Shown: positions 43,361 through 58,426, counted from the first letter of the stretch. The stretch: DNA of 64,000 bases from Lama guanicoe (GCA_013239625.1 MU054117.1:1982011-2046010), one strand, 5' to 3'. Translations and numbers: made by a program. Notes: a model not told the origin generated them from the letters alone.

Positions 43361-44344
43361 TCTATTTTCTTTGGGGATGTTATAATGAGGGAATTTTTAG
43401 TTACATGAATTAAAGAATTGAGAAAACTTGAAACTGCATTAGCTGTTAAAGTAAGGTTCCAGGCACCTTGTTATCCTTAAGTTAGTGACCACCTGTATTT
43501 ATAAAGTTGTGTAGAATGACCGGGTGCAGCTGAAGGGGAGTGCATCCTATGCCACGTGTAAGAGGTCAGTTAGCTAATACTAGAGTTGACTTTCTGCCGT
43601 GGCTTAGAGGCCGTTGATACCTGGATTGTTATCTTTCTAGTACATTAAATATCAGCCACCACTCCAGAATTGCTAAGCAGGATGGACTTTACTTGGAAGC
43701 AGATTGGCAACCTATGAAAACAAAATATCTCAAGTATTACATATTTCAGGGCTAGGGATCAAAACTGTGGCTTGATACGGCTGTACGGAGCAGTCCTTCT
43801 GCAGAAACTTTTATGGGGGTGTTATCCTGCAGTCTCTTCTGGTAGGAGGTATTGGCAGGGTGGAAAAATGAGATTATGAACTAGCAATATATTTGACAGC
43901 TTAGAAGAGTAAAAGAATGGTGGCAAGATTTATGGGAAGTCAAGGTCAAATTTACCTTGATGTTGGTATCTTTGCAATAAAAAATTTACACTCCTGAGTA
44001 TTTTCCCATAGAGCAAGTGCTTATTGTGTAATGAAAATTTTATTTGCAGTCAGCGTGGTGATTTTTTTCCCTTTATATGATGTCCCCTGATCGTGACCAC
44101 AGATTCATCCTTAAAATAGTTTGTTTAACATCTTTGCTAGAGGAAGATCCCCCGATGGTGTAGGAAGAAGAGTAGGTAGTTACAAAGAAAAACAGAGTCG
44201 GTCATTTGATTTTCGGTATCATAGCATTTAAATGTTTAAAACAGATGGCTTGTGCTTTGCATTGTTTGATAACTTCATTTTGTAGTAGTAACTCTGTGAT
44301 CACCGCTGAAGAACTCCGAGCAGGAATTCAAGAAACTCACTAGT

Positions 44345-44460
44345 TTTTTGGGTTTTTTTTTTTAATTGAAGTATAGTCAATCATAGTGTGTCAGTTTCTG
44401 GTGTACAGCACAATGTCCCAGTCATGCATATACATGCATATATTTGTTTTCATATATTTT
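44345..44460 (-). mobile_element. Short L1 3'-end fragment (same subfamily as 43045)
   Basis: ttttttaattgaagtatagtc..gtgtcagtttctggtgtacagcacaatgtcccagtcatgcatatac. Confidence 0.8.
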
Positions 44461-45326
44461 TAGGAAAATACATATTTAATGAAACAAAGTCTGCCACAGA
44501 TCTTGTGTGATTGTGTCTGAGACAACCTTCTGTATATTCATAGATGATCTCCTTCTAAGGCGTATTGTTTCCCTTCACTGGAACTGTGCATCCATATTAC
44601 AGTTATTTTTCAAATGCACACACAGTATGTGTAGAATTACCCATGAGTAAGGGGGTGTAAAACAGTGGTAGCTGTTTACCTCCTAGGAAGTTCTGTTTGT
44701 ATCCCAGTAATTGCTTATTTTAGAATAAGGCCACTTAAGCACTTGGATTCTTTCTTTTTCTTTTCTGTATTATTAATACTTGGGTGGCTTGAGCTTTGGC
44801 GAAAATAGTGGATTTGTGTCTGAGACTTTAGTCCTGCCTAATGCAGATAAGATGAAGTGACAGATCCACATGTAAAACGCATTTCTCACTGGGAGGCCAT
44901 CCCTCCTTGCCTGCGTGTTTGCTGTTAGTGGGGCTGAGCTGTAAGTTTCCTTCTTAGGAAGAGTAACTGTTAAAAGCCTGCTGTTTATCAGTCATCTTTC
45001 CTGCAGCCTGTCTGTGTCTCTAAGATGCGTCTTTTACAGACAGTGCATGTCGTAGGGCCCTTGCCGATGTGTCATCCTTTGTGTGTGTGTGTATGTATTA
45101 GTGAAATGTATAGCTGTCTTGTTCCTGGCAGTACTGCAATCCCTTTTACTTGGAGGTGTTCAGTCAGTTTACATTGAACGTAATTGGTGACATGGTTGGA
45201 TTTAAGTTGACCATCTTGCTGTTTATTTTTTGTTAACCCCTTTTGTTTTTTATTCTTTTCCTGTCTTCTTTTGGGTTAATTGAAAAAATTGTTAATGCTT
45301 CATTTTATTGGCTTCTTACCTATATC

Positions 45327-45435
45327 ATTTATTTATACATTTACTTATTTTTTATTTTAATGGAGGGACTGGGGATTGAACCCAGGACCTTGTGCCTGCT
45401 AAGCACATGCTGTACTACTGAGCTGTACCCTCCTC
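45327..45435 (-). mobile_element. Camelid tRNA-derived SINE (Vic-1-like)
   Basis: ggagggactggggattgaacccaggaccttgtgcctgctaagcacatgctgtactactgagctgtaccctcc. Confidence 0.88.
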
Positions 45436-45902
45436 ACCTCAAAATTTATTTTTACCTAGCATTACCTTCCGTCATCATTTTCTGATCACTTTTCTTTCTA
45501 TTTTGAAAGCGTAACAGAAAGTTTCCTGCATGAGTTAGAATGAAATGAGTCAAGTCAGAAAAGACAGTTCCAGGCAGTGAGATGACACATCGGGGACTAG
45601 AGGAGGCGACACTGAAGTACCCTCCCGTCTGTTGCTTTTTAGGACTTAAATCCTGAAGTAGGGAAGACTTACATGAGCTGCTGTTCCTAAATTCTCCGAC
45701 AGTGGCATTGTCTTCCAGAATCTTCTTAGGAAACCTTTTACGAATCCTGTTGAATTAAGGGTGGTCTCATGGTAAGAGATCTTCCTCTCACTCACCCTGC
45801 AGAGACAGTCAGATGCTGTGGTAGCCATGAAGCTGTCGTCTCTCATTTCCTAACCCACGCTTTCCTGCTCCTCTTGGTGATGCTAGCGCTGGGGCTCTAC
45901 CC

Positions 45903-45934
45903 CAGGGCTTGGTGAACTTTTTCTGTGAAGTTAG

Positions 45935-45973
<39 letters not shown>

Positions 45974-46190
45974 TATATACAATATATAATGATACTATGT
46001 ATGATGTATGGGAAATATATAATGCATAGTAAATACTTAGGCCTTGCAAGCCATGTATGGTCTCTGTTGCATCTTCTTTCTTTTTTTTAAACAACTCTTT
46101 AAAAATGTAAATAGTATTCTTAGCTCACGCTCTGAACAAAAAACAGGCAACCAACTCGGTAAAACTGGCCCAGTCCCCCAGGCCCTGCTC
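45903..46190. mobile_element. hAT-Charlie MITE (MER58-like) containing a (CA)n microsatellite at ~45937-45970
   Basis: cagggcttggtgaactttttctgtgaag...atagtaaatacttaggccttgcaagccat...aaaaatgtaaa..attcttagctc..acaaaaaacaggc. Confidence 0.7.
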
Positions 46191-47258
46191 TGCACACGTA
46201 CCTTTGCCGGCAGCCTCGCTTCCACCAGTGGAGGATGTCAGAGAAAGTCAGGAGGCCTGAGCAGCGAGAAGGCACTTGATCTTCCCTGTCTTATTCTCCA
46301 TTGCTGTCTTCCCTGAGCTGCAGACATTTTCCCCTTTGTTTGTTGTTGTTGTATTTAGTTTTTTTACCCTGGCAGTGCCAGTTTCTAGCTGCTGTTGTCA
46401 CCCCCAGGGCAGCCGCCTCATGTCCTGTTAGAGACAGCGAAACAGCCGGCTGGCGCCGCCTCCTCTGAGGCCGGGGACCCAGCCCTGCAGGCCCCTTCTC
46501 TGAGCTCCTGGGTTCTGCTCTGTTACCACAAGCCCTAGGGGTGGCAGCTCTTTCCTACAGTTACCTTGGTGTTACTTGCGTGTTTCTGTTTTGCCTTTTC
46601 AAGCCTTCAGTGTACATTTAACCAGTTCATTTAACCAGTGTGCGTTTAACCAGTTATTAAATTCTCCTTGTCGGAATACCTGTGGGTTGTCTTCCTGATT
46701 GCCCTGTGACCGTTACAGCTGTACACGTGCGGTTATGGAAACTAACTGTAGGGGAGGGTCGTCTGAGACCTAATTAGGGTTGTCAGACTGTGTAACTTGG
46801 TTATTGTCAGTCAAGTAAGAGCAGCTGGTAAGTAAGAGCCGTTGGTCAGCTTGTAGATTTGAAAACCTTTAGAGAGGAGTAAATTTGTGTCCTTAAGATG
46901 TCACCTCTAAACCTTCCCTCGTCTCCTGATGAGCCCATTTTACTTTCCGTAGAGGGTTGAGGCTCCTTAACTTGCGGCACAGGAGTTCTTCTGAGTTACA
47001 GGCTGTAGGAAGTAGGTCACTTAGTTGTAATTCTCTTGTTGGTTCATTATCTCTGTGGATTATTTTTGAGCTTTACTCTCTACTTTTTTAGCTTGAGACT
47101 GTGGTGATTCCTGTCTTTCCCCCCAGTGGACATTTTCCATCTTAATACCATATACACTTAATTTTAAGGTTTGTTTGTTTTGTTTTGTTTTTTACTGTGT
47201 TGTATTAGAAGCTTTAACCTGAAAGCCTGTATTTGGATTCTCGTCACAGGATAAGTGA

Positions 47259-47495
<237 letters not shown>

Positions 47496-48280
47496 TGAAA
47501 CATGGCCGTGAAATGCCGATGGAATCTGAAAGCGCAGCTTTGGGAAAGCCAGTCTCTGTTTGCGTGTTCCGTCGTGAGGGATGACCTGAAGACTTCCAGA
47601 GAATTACTGAATCCTAGTTAGAAGAACGTCAGAGGCCAGCTGGTCCCAGCTAGTCCCGTTTTGTCTTGTAAAATCCCTGACGGTAGCTATTCATCCCCTC
47701 CTCGTTTGTTGCCAGTTGCTGAGGAACTTGCTGCTTTTCAAGGACACCCGTTCTGGCTCTGGAATGCTTTGTTAGTAGCTCTTTCCCTGGTAGATGATTT
47801 CCCTACTACGCTCGCTTTCTTTTTCCCCATTAAGAATAAGTTGCGCTACTTTAGGTCACACGTGGGAAAATTTTTTTTCTCTTTGGAGTAAAATTCAGGG
47901 TTTTATGGGACAGCATGTTGTCTGTTCACTAGGCAGATAATCGCTGAGTTATGTGGAGCAGGTACATGCCTGATCTTGTGGAATCCTCTAAAATGGTGCG
48001 AGCTTGGGTTAAGAGAGTCCCTCCCGTTTCCTTCCCCCTCCAATCACAAGAGGAAGGATCCGTACGGAACCAGTTTTTTTTTTTTTTTTTGCTCTGAGCC
48101 AGTGTTTTAGAGTGGTCATTAGAATTCTAGGTTTTTTTGTTCTGTATTTGTTTTTAATTTCATTTTTCATACTGATACAAATCTAAACATCTAACCATCT
48201 AAACATCTAAATTAAGTGTTGGGGAAGGAAGCACCATCCTCCTAAACCTTTACTTTGAAAACACTACGTTTTCCCAATAG

Positions 48281-48547
<267 letters not shown>

Positions 48548-50034
48548 TAAAACTTACTATGCAGCGGTTTTAAAACCAGTCAGAATGTCCGAGTTCCTTG
48601 GGGCTACCGCAGGTTGCAGCAAGGAGGTGGCCGAGTGGGTGGTCCTCTGTCCTTCTCCGTCAGTAAGCTCAGTAAGCCAAGGGAGCTCTGCTTTATGGTT
48701 TTCTTTGTTGAGATTTTGTGTAATACTTGATTTTTTAAAAGGCCATTTCTGCTGAAAAGAAAGGGAGCTACTGGAAACAAGGTTAGAACGGCTTCCTTAG
48801 CCCAGACACATTATTGTGAGACCCGAAAGTTCAGCAGGGGAAATACAGTAGTTGAGGAAAAGAAGCAAGGGAATGGTTAGATAGAAGTGGTTGGGCTGGT
48901 GGGGGTCCACATGTGTATGTTACACTCGCATGGCAGTTGGTAATCTGTCCTGTGTCCCTCTTTCTGCCTGTGCTCTCACGCATCCTCACCACGGCCCTGA
49001 AGGGGGCAGTAAGAGTAGACAGGCAAGTATTCAGCCCACTGGACGCAGGAAGAAGTAAGGATCAGAGACGTGGAGACTTGTGAAGACAGAGACTTGGATT
49101 CTAACTCTGACGTTTGACTCAGTGTTCTTTTCGTTACTCTTTTCCGTTACGTGTTTCCATGAAACGGAAGACCCAGTGACACCAGCTTAGCATACCATCT
49201 TTTGTCTTTGGTCTGGAAGTCAGGTTGAAGGTCGCGTAATCTAGACAGTGTTTTCCGTAGACAGAGCATTTTCTTCACATCCAGTATCTCATCTGACCTG
49301 CCTTATTTTACACACAAGGAAACACAAAGTATTGAGCAGTTCAGTAGCTTGCTCAAATGTGATAGCCTTAAGACGTTTACAGTCCGGTGTTCTTCATGAC
49401 TGCAGATTCTTAAGTTCTTGTCAAAGATTTCCCAGCGTGAAAGCTGCAGGAAAGGAAATTCTCAGATGTTTTTCCTTAAATAAGTATCAAGCTTATTTTT
49501 TTTTGGTATTTCTTTTTGTACTTCCCCCCTTGTTCTTTCTGTTACAAGGCATACTTTTATTACTAAAATCTTTGAATGTTTATTGGCACATATCTTGGCA
49601 CATAATAGCAACAATATTAGAAAGTTGAAAAGAAAAATGACCAGTATTTTGGCTTTGTCACAACAACTATTTTCTGTCCCTTTCTGAAGTTACTACATAC
49701 CTTTTGTACTGAGATCATGGATCAGTTTTATATGTTTTCCTGACATTTTTGATAACCACCAAGAATTTATTGAGTTAATAAAAAAACTTTAGCACTGGTA
49801 AACGGAGACCAAAAAAGTTACTACGTAAGTTAGTGTCCATGTAGCGCTGTGTGTGTTCATCTCCGTCACACACAGGTACTGCAGGCTGTGTTAATATGCG
49901 CTAGCAGTGTGTTCTTTTGCCTTTCCCCCCCGGTAAGCTAAAATTAAGTCAGATATTTTATTTAGGGCTTGCTATTATTTTCTGCTGTTCTCTTCATTGA
50001 ATATTATATTTGCCTTCTTAAGGTATCCTTGAAG

Positions 50035-50300
50035 TATTTATTAGGGTATGATGTACACAACATAAAATTTATCAATTTACCCCCTTTGAAGTATAAAATT
50101 TACTTGTTTTAATTACATTCATAATGTTATGTAACTGTTACCTCTGTCCATTTCCAGAACTTTTAAATTATTCCAAAGAGAAACTCTGTACCCATTAAAC
50201 AGTAATTCCCATTTTTCCCCCTCCACCCCCACCCCAGCCCTGGCAACCTGAATTCTGTTTTCTGTCTCTATGAGTTTGCCCATTCAGGATACCTCATATA
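50035..50300 (-). mobile_element. Old L1 3'UTR fragment just upstream of exon 27
   Basis: tttccagaac..ccaaaagagaaactctgtacccattaaacagtaa..ccagccctggcaacc..ttttctgtctctatgagtttgcc. Confidence 0.8.
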
Positions 50301-50359
50301 AAAGAATAAAACTATTTTTAAATGTCTTGCTTTAAAATTGTTTCTATTTTATGTTTTGA

Positions 50360-50839
<480 letters not shown>

Positions 50840-53740
50840 TGAGGCTCCGAGTCCCAGAAAGGTTGTGTGCCTGGTGAAGGTGGCGGGGGGGGGGCAGGGA
50901 GGAGCTGGTGACCGCGCAGGAGCGGGGCCTCGCGTCGCTGGGTCCACAGCAGGTTTCGGAACAGTCTTGGCCTCCCCGTAGGTGGCTCGGAGCCCTAGGT
51001 GCCCCGACTGTCAGCCTCGACCGCCTGAAACGGCCCTGGGCCCGGCTTCTAGGAGCAGTGGCAGACTGCACTGAGATTTGTCCTGAAGACCTAGAACGCA
51101 GGGCTCAGGTCTTCCCTTGTGCTCTGTGTCTTACCCACACCAAGCCCTGTGGGTGCTCTCCTAAACGGAGTACGGTTTTTTTCAGATCCTTTGCAAAAAA
51201 TAATTAGGACCTTTAAAGGTGCTACTTAAAATTTTTCAGCCCTAAATTTTAAGTAAGTATGTATGTGTTGGTCATTGTTTAGGTAACACTGACATTAGGA
51301 ATTTTTGAGAAAGATGGATGCACTTTATGAAAAATCCTAGTTCATTAAATGACTGGAGGTATCTTTCAGGGTGTTCCCATCAGGATTATTGGTAAATTCG
51401 TTGTTTTAACTTTATCGTCTCCTTATACCACCTGACGTTTAGAATTCGGGGAGCTCCTCAGTTTGAATACAACAACAGAGTAAGTACAGCTGCGTTGCTG
51501 TCCCCACCGCCCCCCTCAGTCAGATGCCCGATAGAGCCTAGGGAGGTTGCCTCGTGCAGCCTCTTCATCGTGCAGATGAGACCAGGGCCGAGTGAAGATG
51601 GATGTGACCAGTCTCAGAGCTGATTCGTGGCGGAACCAAAAGCAGAAGCCTCGTTCCCTGGCTGCCAGACCCAGTTCCCTCCACTCCACTAATGTTCACC
51701 CTCCCCAGTAGTTGAGATGTAAGTGCAGGAACACATTCCAAAACTAAATGACGCACACACATTTCAGTTACACTTACTAAAGGCTTTCTGCTCATTTTTG
51801 GAAAATGGGTATGTAATAAAACACACATCCCTTCCGAGGACAACAGCTGTAAATATTTCAGCGTGTTTCCTTCTAGTCCTTTTTTCTGTACGGTTTGTTT
51901 TATGTCATACTGTACACTGTTGTATCTTGCTTTGTTGAATTTCATAAGCATTTTTCTATATTATAAACATTTAAAAGCATTTTAGTAGATACATTGTATG
52001 TGTGTGTATTATTTTTATCTTTCATTTGAATTAATTCTCATCAGTTTCTCAGACAGGCTGGTAGAAGGCTGTCTCTCTTTGGGTACTAAAGTGTTAGCAG
52101 CTTAGTATTGGCAGAACTTCTCCCGTTTCTTTCTCCCTTAATTTTGTGGCAGTTGCAGGACTGGCGGCAAAACATGGTGTTCCCTTTTCAAGCTTTCCTG
52201 TCATCCTTCCTACAGTGTTTACGTCCATCACAAACCTCCCTTTTTTTTCTCCTTTTCCCTTAATCTGTCAGCTTTCTGCTCAGCATTTAAAATACGGTTC
52301 GTCTGTTATTCCTGTTGTCTTCCTGTGGCATGTAAACTCTAGACGCAGCTTTTTTTCTCATCTGCTATGAAATTGTTAAATTTGCACATTATCCCCTGTA
52401 CTCTCAGGGTCAAGGACACAAGGTGAGATAATCTGTATGAAAGCAGTTGTTAACCAAAAATGCAGCATGAGTGTTAAGATGTGATCTTTGTTTTTAAATG
52501 AGCCTTGAGGTTTGCTCCTAATATTCTCAAGTATTTAAAAATTTTTTTTTAAGAAGATTGTCTACATTTTGATGGAGCAAAAGGAGATTTAGCTAAATAC
52601 TTAGGGAAAATGTCCGTTAGAACACACACACAGGTGAGCAGGTGCCTTAATCTGTCTGTAGCTCACATAGAAGAAGCTTAAATGAAGTATTTCTATACTG
52701 TGTTTAATTTTAAACAGAAATTACTTTAGATTATAAACACTTTGCCCATCGTTACTGTTTTGTAATTTTTATGGTTCTCCAAGTTTGTTTCTGACACCTG
52801 TCTTACTAAATAAAAGATGCTTTTCTTTAGAAACTTTGTAAAGAATTTTACAGTTTTCTCAATTTGCATAGTGTTTCTCTGAGAACACAAACTAATGCAT
52901 GGTACACATCTTCAGAACAAAAGCATGACAAGAAAAGAATGTTTTTAAGGGAATCTGTGTTCTCGAAATACCATACAGCAAAAAACCCCGCACCATTTTT
53001 AAGTTTCCTTCATATGTAGGTAAAGGTACATTTACCATTTTTCTAACCAGTGATTATATTAGTTTTACCTAAAAATGTACAGTTTGAGAAAACTTTGAAG
53101 GATTGCTGAAATGTACCTAGCCTCAATTTCAAGATGTTTTAGAAAGAGAAAAGAGAAATATTATCACAATAATGTAGAAGTTTTTTTTAAATCTTTCTCT
53201 TCTATCATTATCAAATTAACCTCAAGTTGAAATTAATTTTAAAAATAATAATGAAGAACTGTTTTTAAAAAATTAGTTTTCAAGGTTCAGAATCCTTTTC
53301 TCCCTGAACTCTGCCACTTCATTCAGTCTTACTGGTACCAAGAGTTAAACAAGTTAACTTGAGCAAATTCTTTCAAGCTAATATTTAAGTAACTTTTTTC
53401 TGTATTAGAATAAATAGTCATCTTACTTAGGAAAATAGACCTTTTTTTCCCCTTTACCTTTCTTGCCTTCTTACTATGGGCTGTTTCCTTACCCACTGCT
53501 ACTTCCGTAAGAAGTCTGACAGGATGTAGAGAGAGATGACGTCTGTGAGCCTCACTCTCACTTACACTGTTGACCACTCTGATCTTAGAAGGTCTTCGTG
53601 GGGCATTGTCTCAGCAGAAGTGTTTGCATTGTTAGTGGCTTCTTGTTCATATCTCCTGCTGGCGAAGGTAATCAGAGGTTGGGTTACCTAAATGAGTGAG
53701 TGTCTCACACACAGACACAACACAGAGGTGATGTTAAGGT

Positions 53741-53850
53741 GGGGTAGCCAACTGTCCCAACTTGCCTGAGACTTTCCTGCGTTTAATGGTTTTATCCCTG
53801 TGTCTTGGGAAACGCTTTACCCTTGAGCAGACTGGGGAAGTTGGTTATTG
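53741..53850. mobile_element. hAT-Blackjack MITE (MER94-like)
   Basis: gggtagccaactgtcccaacttgcctgagact...gtgtcttgggaaac...gagcagactggggaagttggtta, with inverted ends. Confidence 0.65.
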
Positions 53851-55254
53851 TTGAGAGCACCAAAAACATACACAAGGATTCTAAACATACATTGTATTTG
53901 ATGAAGTGAATTGTTTTAATTTTCAAATCTGGCTTTTGCAAGAAACCTTGGTGCAGAACTTGGTGCAGAAGAGATGGAATGCCAGAATGCTGAAAGCTCG
54001 GTTGGGTGACTAAGCTAAGCATATCGCCAAGTCACCAGGCCTTCTTTTTCCCAGTGCAGTGATATGTGCTCAGTAAGAAAGGAACAGAATATAAATGCCA
54101 AGTATTTTTTCTTAAGTGTAATATGAAACCGTATAGCAAAACATGAAATGCCAAACTAACATTATTTCCTCTGGTCAGTATTTCTCAAAAAACAGACATT
54201 TCCCCCAATCCAAATCCAGTAACTTTTTTTTGCGATAACGTTAAATCTCTTATCAGTTAATATTTGAACAGCTCATAGCTGTGAAGTTTTTCAGTAATTA
54301 CTTTTGTAATCTGATAAGTGTGTCTCCCAGAAATACTGAAAGGGGAAATGACTATTAGAACTTAACATGCTGTTAGCCAAATCTGGTGTCCTTACATGTT
54401 CAGGCTGCTATGCAGCCGGCTGCCCCGGGTCAGAACCTTCTGTGGACTCGGTTGACATTCCAGGCTTAGGTTTGCCTTAGAACCTGTGGGCCATTTCAAA
54501 CAGAAGTAGAGCTGGCGTTTGCTTAGTAGGGGAACATGATAAAAAGATACTGGGAAGAGGGCAGTTTTTTCCCTGCTAGATTATTAGGGCAAATTGTTAT
54601 ATAACCTGCAGGCTGAGGTAGACTCTCAAGAACAGTCACACACTTCTTTGGGATGGTGGAAGCGCTGGGCTTAGGCATGGACCTCTGGGCAAAGTCACAA
54701 ACGCGAAAATGATGTCTTCCTTATCTGGAAGAGTAATAGATTTGATCTAGGGGAACCAGAAGCCAGTGAGTGCAGTGCAGAATTAGACTGAAGACATGGG
54801 GCCGCTTTTCTTGGCAGCAAATATGGATCCGTTGGTGACTTTCGTACCCTAGGGGGACTGGGTTAGGAGGACTGGAGGTGGTAATCTGGGATTCGGGGTG
54901 GCATTGTAGATAGGGGAGCATCTCAAATCTGGGCAGCCTGGAGAAACACAGTTCGTCTTCCCAGCCCCCGTTACCAGCTCCAGTGGCCAGGACACGCATC
55001 CTGAGCCCGCTACTGCCACGTTAGCGCTTCATAGATCTGCTTGTGGTGTCTGTGTCGCCGCCTGTTGCACAGAAGCCATCACCTCCCTTTTCTGTCTCCA
55101 GGAGTTGCCACAGTAGGAACATTTGATTGGTGGTTTTCTTTACTGCCCAGACTTTAGAAGCTAAATATTATACAAAACAATTACAGAACAAAAAAATTTT
55201 TTTTTCTTTTAGGAAGTAATTAAATTTCTCTGAACTTGATCACATGGTGCCAGT

Positions 55255-55436
55255 GATGATCAAGTTTAAAATATATAAGAATTACCTGGGAGCTGATTAA
55301 AAACCTAGGCTTCTGGTTTGTATCCCCAAGATACTCTGAGTCTATAGGTTTGGGATGGGTCTCAGCTGTGCATTTGACAGACAGGACAGGTAATTCTGAT
55401 GCTTTAAGTGGTCGACACATTTTTAGAAGCACTGCT
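55255..55436. mobile_element. hAT-Charlie MITE (MER5-like)
   Basis: agaattacctgggagctgattaaaa...ctgagtctataggtttgggatggg...ggtaattctgatgc..ttagaagcactg. Confidence 0.65.
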
Positions 55437-56417
55437 GCAGGCAGTTATTTGAAGGTGCAGGATGTTTTGTGTGAAGTGGAGTAATGACTAGGGCCGTGAG
55501 GCTGTGAGCTTAAGAAAGTGCCTCCAGGCTCCCAGACTGTGGACGAGGTGTTTGCCGTACGTCATCCATACGTTCGTTATCCTTAAGTTATGTCGTCTGA
55601 TCCTCTAACTAGTCCTGGAAACCAGATGTTGTCTCCATTTTACAGGTGGAGAAATTGAGCCTTTGTGGGATTAAATGACTTGCCTCTCATTATACATCAG
55701 AACTCAGAACTTCTGAATGAAGTCAGTAACCTTAATGCTACACAACGTTGTCTCTTTAGGATCTAGGACTCTGGGAACAATGAAAGCAAAAAGATTATTT
55801 TGACAAATTATTTCCCCCACCTTTATTAGAAACCCCGAAGCTACTAACATAACTTTCATGATTTTGATAAGTTGTATAGAACATGGAAAGTGATTTTGAA
55901 AACCACTCACTTCCCCTGCAGCGTATGTACCTAGCCAGAGCCTCCCTTCTCTGTTCTTCATCTGGAGCTGCACTGAAGTCCTCAGTTAATCCCTGCACAC
56001 TCCTTACTTTGTTCTGATTTCTGATAAAGCTCATTGTTGTAAGTGGCTTCTGACATTGCCAGTGAAATGGTCAAGTTTTGCACTGGGAACAGGAGGAGTA
56101 GCTCTTGTATCGTAAAGGTTCTCATCTGTCCTGGCATCAGGCGTGAAAACTAGCACAATCACCCGCCAGAGAGGGGCGCCAAAATCACCTCACTGTTAAC
56201 CGTGTGCCCGGGGCCTGAGGTCACCCAGCGACAGCCCTTTTCTAGTCGCTTTGATGACGATACTCTCTGGAGGGTCGGAGTTCTCCTGGCAGCTGCCACT
56301 GACCTGCCAGCTGCCCAGACTTTTACACCTCAGAGTGATCTGTTGCCCTGTGTCTTTGACTGTTTTAATTGGTTAATTTGTAAGATGTGACCTCTGATAT
56401 TTGCTAACTTTTTATAG

Positions 56418-56462
56418 GGAGTTGTATTTGTAACGGAAGAAGAGAAGAATAAAAAATATTAG
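56418..56462 (+). CDS. KDM5A: KDM5A alternative C-terminal coding segment GVVFVTEEEKNKKY* in cassette exon 56418-56498
   Basis: tgctaac branch motif plus tttttatag acceptor, in frame with exon 27; donor AAAG|gtattt at 56498; peptide matches the recalled C-terminus of the short human isoform. Confidence 0.8.
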   Translation, partial: GVVFVTEEEKNKKY

Positions 56463-56954
56463 TTTTAAAAGTGGCCTATGTGACTGCTTTTCTAAAAGGT
56501 ATTTAATGCTCTTGGTACTTTGGCTTCTCTCTCTGAAACAAAGCTAGTGCCTGGGACTGCCCCCACACCTGCGCTCTTCCTTTCCCGACTGGTAGCTGCC
56601 TCGGCTTAGAGCCTGGACACTGTTAATATCAGCTAAACCACTTGGCTGCTCTATTAGAAGTTCCTTTTTTGTCAAATCCTCTCAAATATGTTTCTGTCCC
56701 ACAAGGAGCCCCAGGTGTTTAAGAGGCGATGGAGAACCTGAAAGGCCTAGTTCTGTGGACATATTATGGTGAAATTTGGGGGTGTTAGCTTCCCAGCTTC
56801 TTTCTTTAAAAAATAACCCCATAAGAAGTCACTGTCTATTTCTGGACATCCCAGTTACTTGCTATCATTTAAGCCAAGAAAGCTCTTGGGTTTGCTTGCA
56901 CTCCGGACTCCATGTTTCTGTGACCTGAACATATCCCGGTCTTGTCTCCTGCAG

Positions 56955-57161
56955 GTGGACTGGGTGCAGTGTGACGGTGGCTGTGACGAGTGGTTTCACC
57001 AAGTCTGTGTGGGTGTGTCTCCAGAAATGGCTGAGAACGAAGATTACATCTGTCTAAACTGTGCAAAGAAGCAGGGGCCGGACAGCCCCGGCCCCGCACC
57101 CCCTCCTGCCTTCATAATGGGCTACAAACTTCCAGTGGAGGATCTGAAAGAGACCAGTTAG
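56955..57161 (+). CDS. KDM5A: KDM5A exon 28 coding part (PHD3, stop TAG), 207 nt
   Basis: ctgcag|[42 protein letters not shown]...EDLKETS*. Confidence 0.97.
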   Translation: MDWVQCDGGCDEWFHQVCVGVSPEMAENEDYICLNCAKKQGPDSPGPAPPPAFIMGYKLPVEDLKETS

Positions 57162-58426
57162 CAGGTGCTGGGTTAGTTTGGGACATGAGGGAATGTGGAC
57201 CATGCCGAGAACTTAGTCATCAAGTAGAGTGGTTTCGACCCACTCGGAATGTTGCTTCCAAAGACGAAGGGCCTCCTGAGAACGTCCTCGGAGCTCACTT
57301 CCTCTTTGCATGGACGTGCGAGCCTTTCTGTCAGCGCATCTGTGCCGAGGGCATCCTCTGTGGTACGGCAGCCAGCGTTTCTGCTCATGTTTCCCCGAGA
57401 TGGTTTGTCACGTTAAGGCCAGACATCTGATTGAGCTCCAGGTGGCCGGCTGGCATCAGTGCACCTGTGTGCTGGCGCGGCGTGTAGGACGGGACTTACT
57501 GCCGCTCGGTGTTAGTTAGAGGTTTACAGCCGGGACAGCGCCGTGGAGGTGCTGCTGCTTTGGCTCTCCCCTTAGTTAGGACAGTTGGAGAGGAGTCAGT
57601 ACCACTTTTCTTCCACGATAACCTGGCATTTGATGCCCCACAGGCAGAGCTAGGAGAGGGCAGGGCAACGTTACTCCTGTCAGGAGTCGTGAGCTGGCAG
57701 CACGGTGTGTAGACCTCAGCTCTGTGCACTTGTTTGTACCAGGAAGGCCCCAGATGAGAGGCGGGTGCCCTTGTCTTCCAGAGGAGGGTGCTGTGTAGTT
57801 CAGAAATCTGACTAGATCGGATTCGGGGAAGAAGAGCTTTCCTTATTTCGAGGCAGAGAGCTTGTTTTGGCTTTGAGATGTCTTGCTGCCTTGGGTCTGC
57901 ATCTTAGAGAAGAGCAGGTATGTGGATCCAGACTTCTGTGAAAGAAGACACGCCGGAATGTTTTACTGAGCCACAGCGCCACATGCGTTTCCGGGAAGCC
58001 TTCCCTCAAGTATACCAGATGCTGCCGGGCTTCAGGCGTGGCCGAGAGCAAGACCAGCAAGTCCCAGCTTTAGCCTTGCAGCCCTGCCCCGCTGGCCGTG
58101 GTTTCCAGCGCTGGCCGTCTCTGACGATGGCCCACAGCAGCGCTGCCCAACAGCACCATGGCTTCATCAGAGGACGCGGGCTGATAGTACCTCTGGGTGA
58201 CAAGTTGTTTTAGTAAATCCATTTTTAAAAAAAGAAAGAAAAAAGGACTTGTTTTTACTTTTTTCTAAATGTCTCTGACTACTGACTGTTCTATAAATAG
58301 AGTATTTTTCCTTTTTTGATATGCATATATGAATATATAAATACATACGTTTACTGTTACCAGCAGCATATGACAGTTTGAGCATCAGAAATCCATTTGG
58401 GGGCTTGCACTCTCTTCTTGCTTTTT

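Noticed and set aside
57156..57170. Stop-codon readthrough at TAG-CAG
   Set aside because: Does not match established readthrough contexts (UGA-CUAG, UAG-CARYYA), and an in-frame TAG follows within five codons
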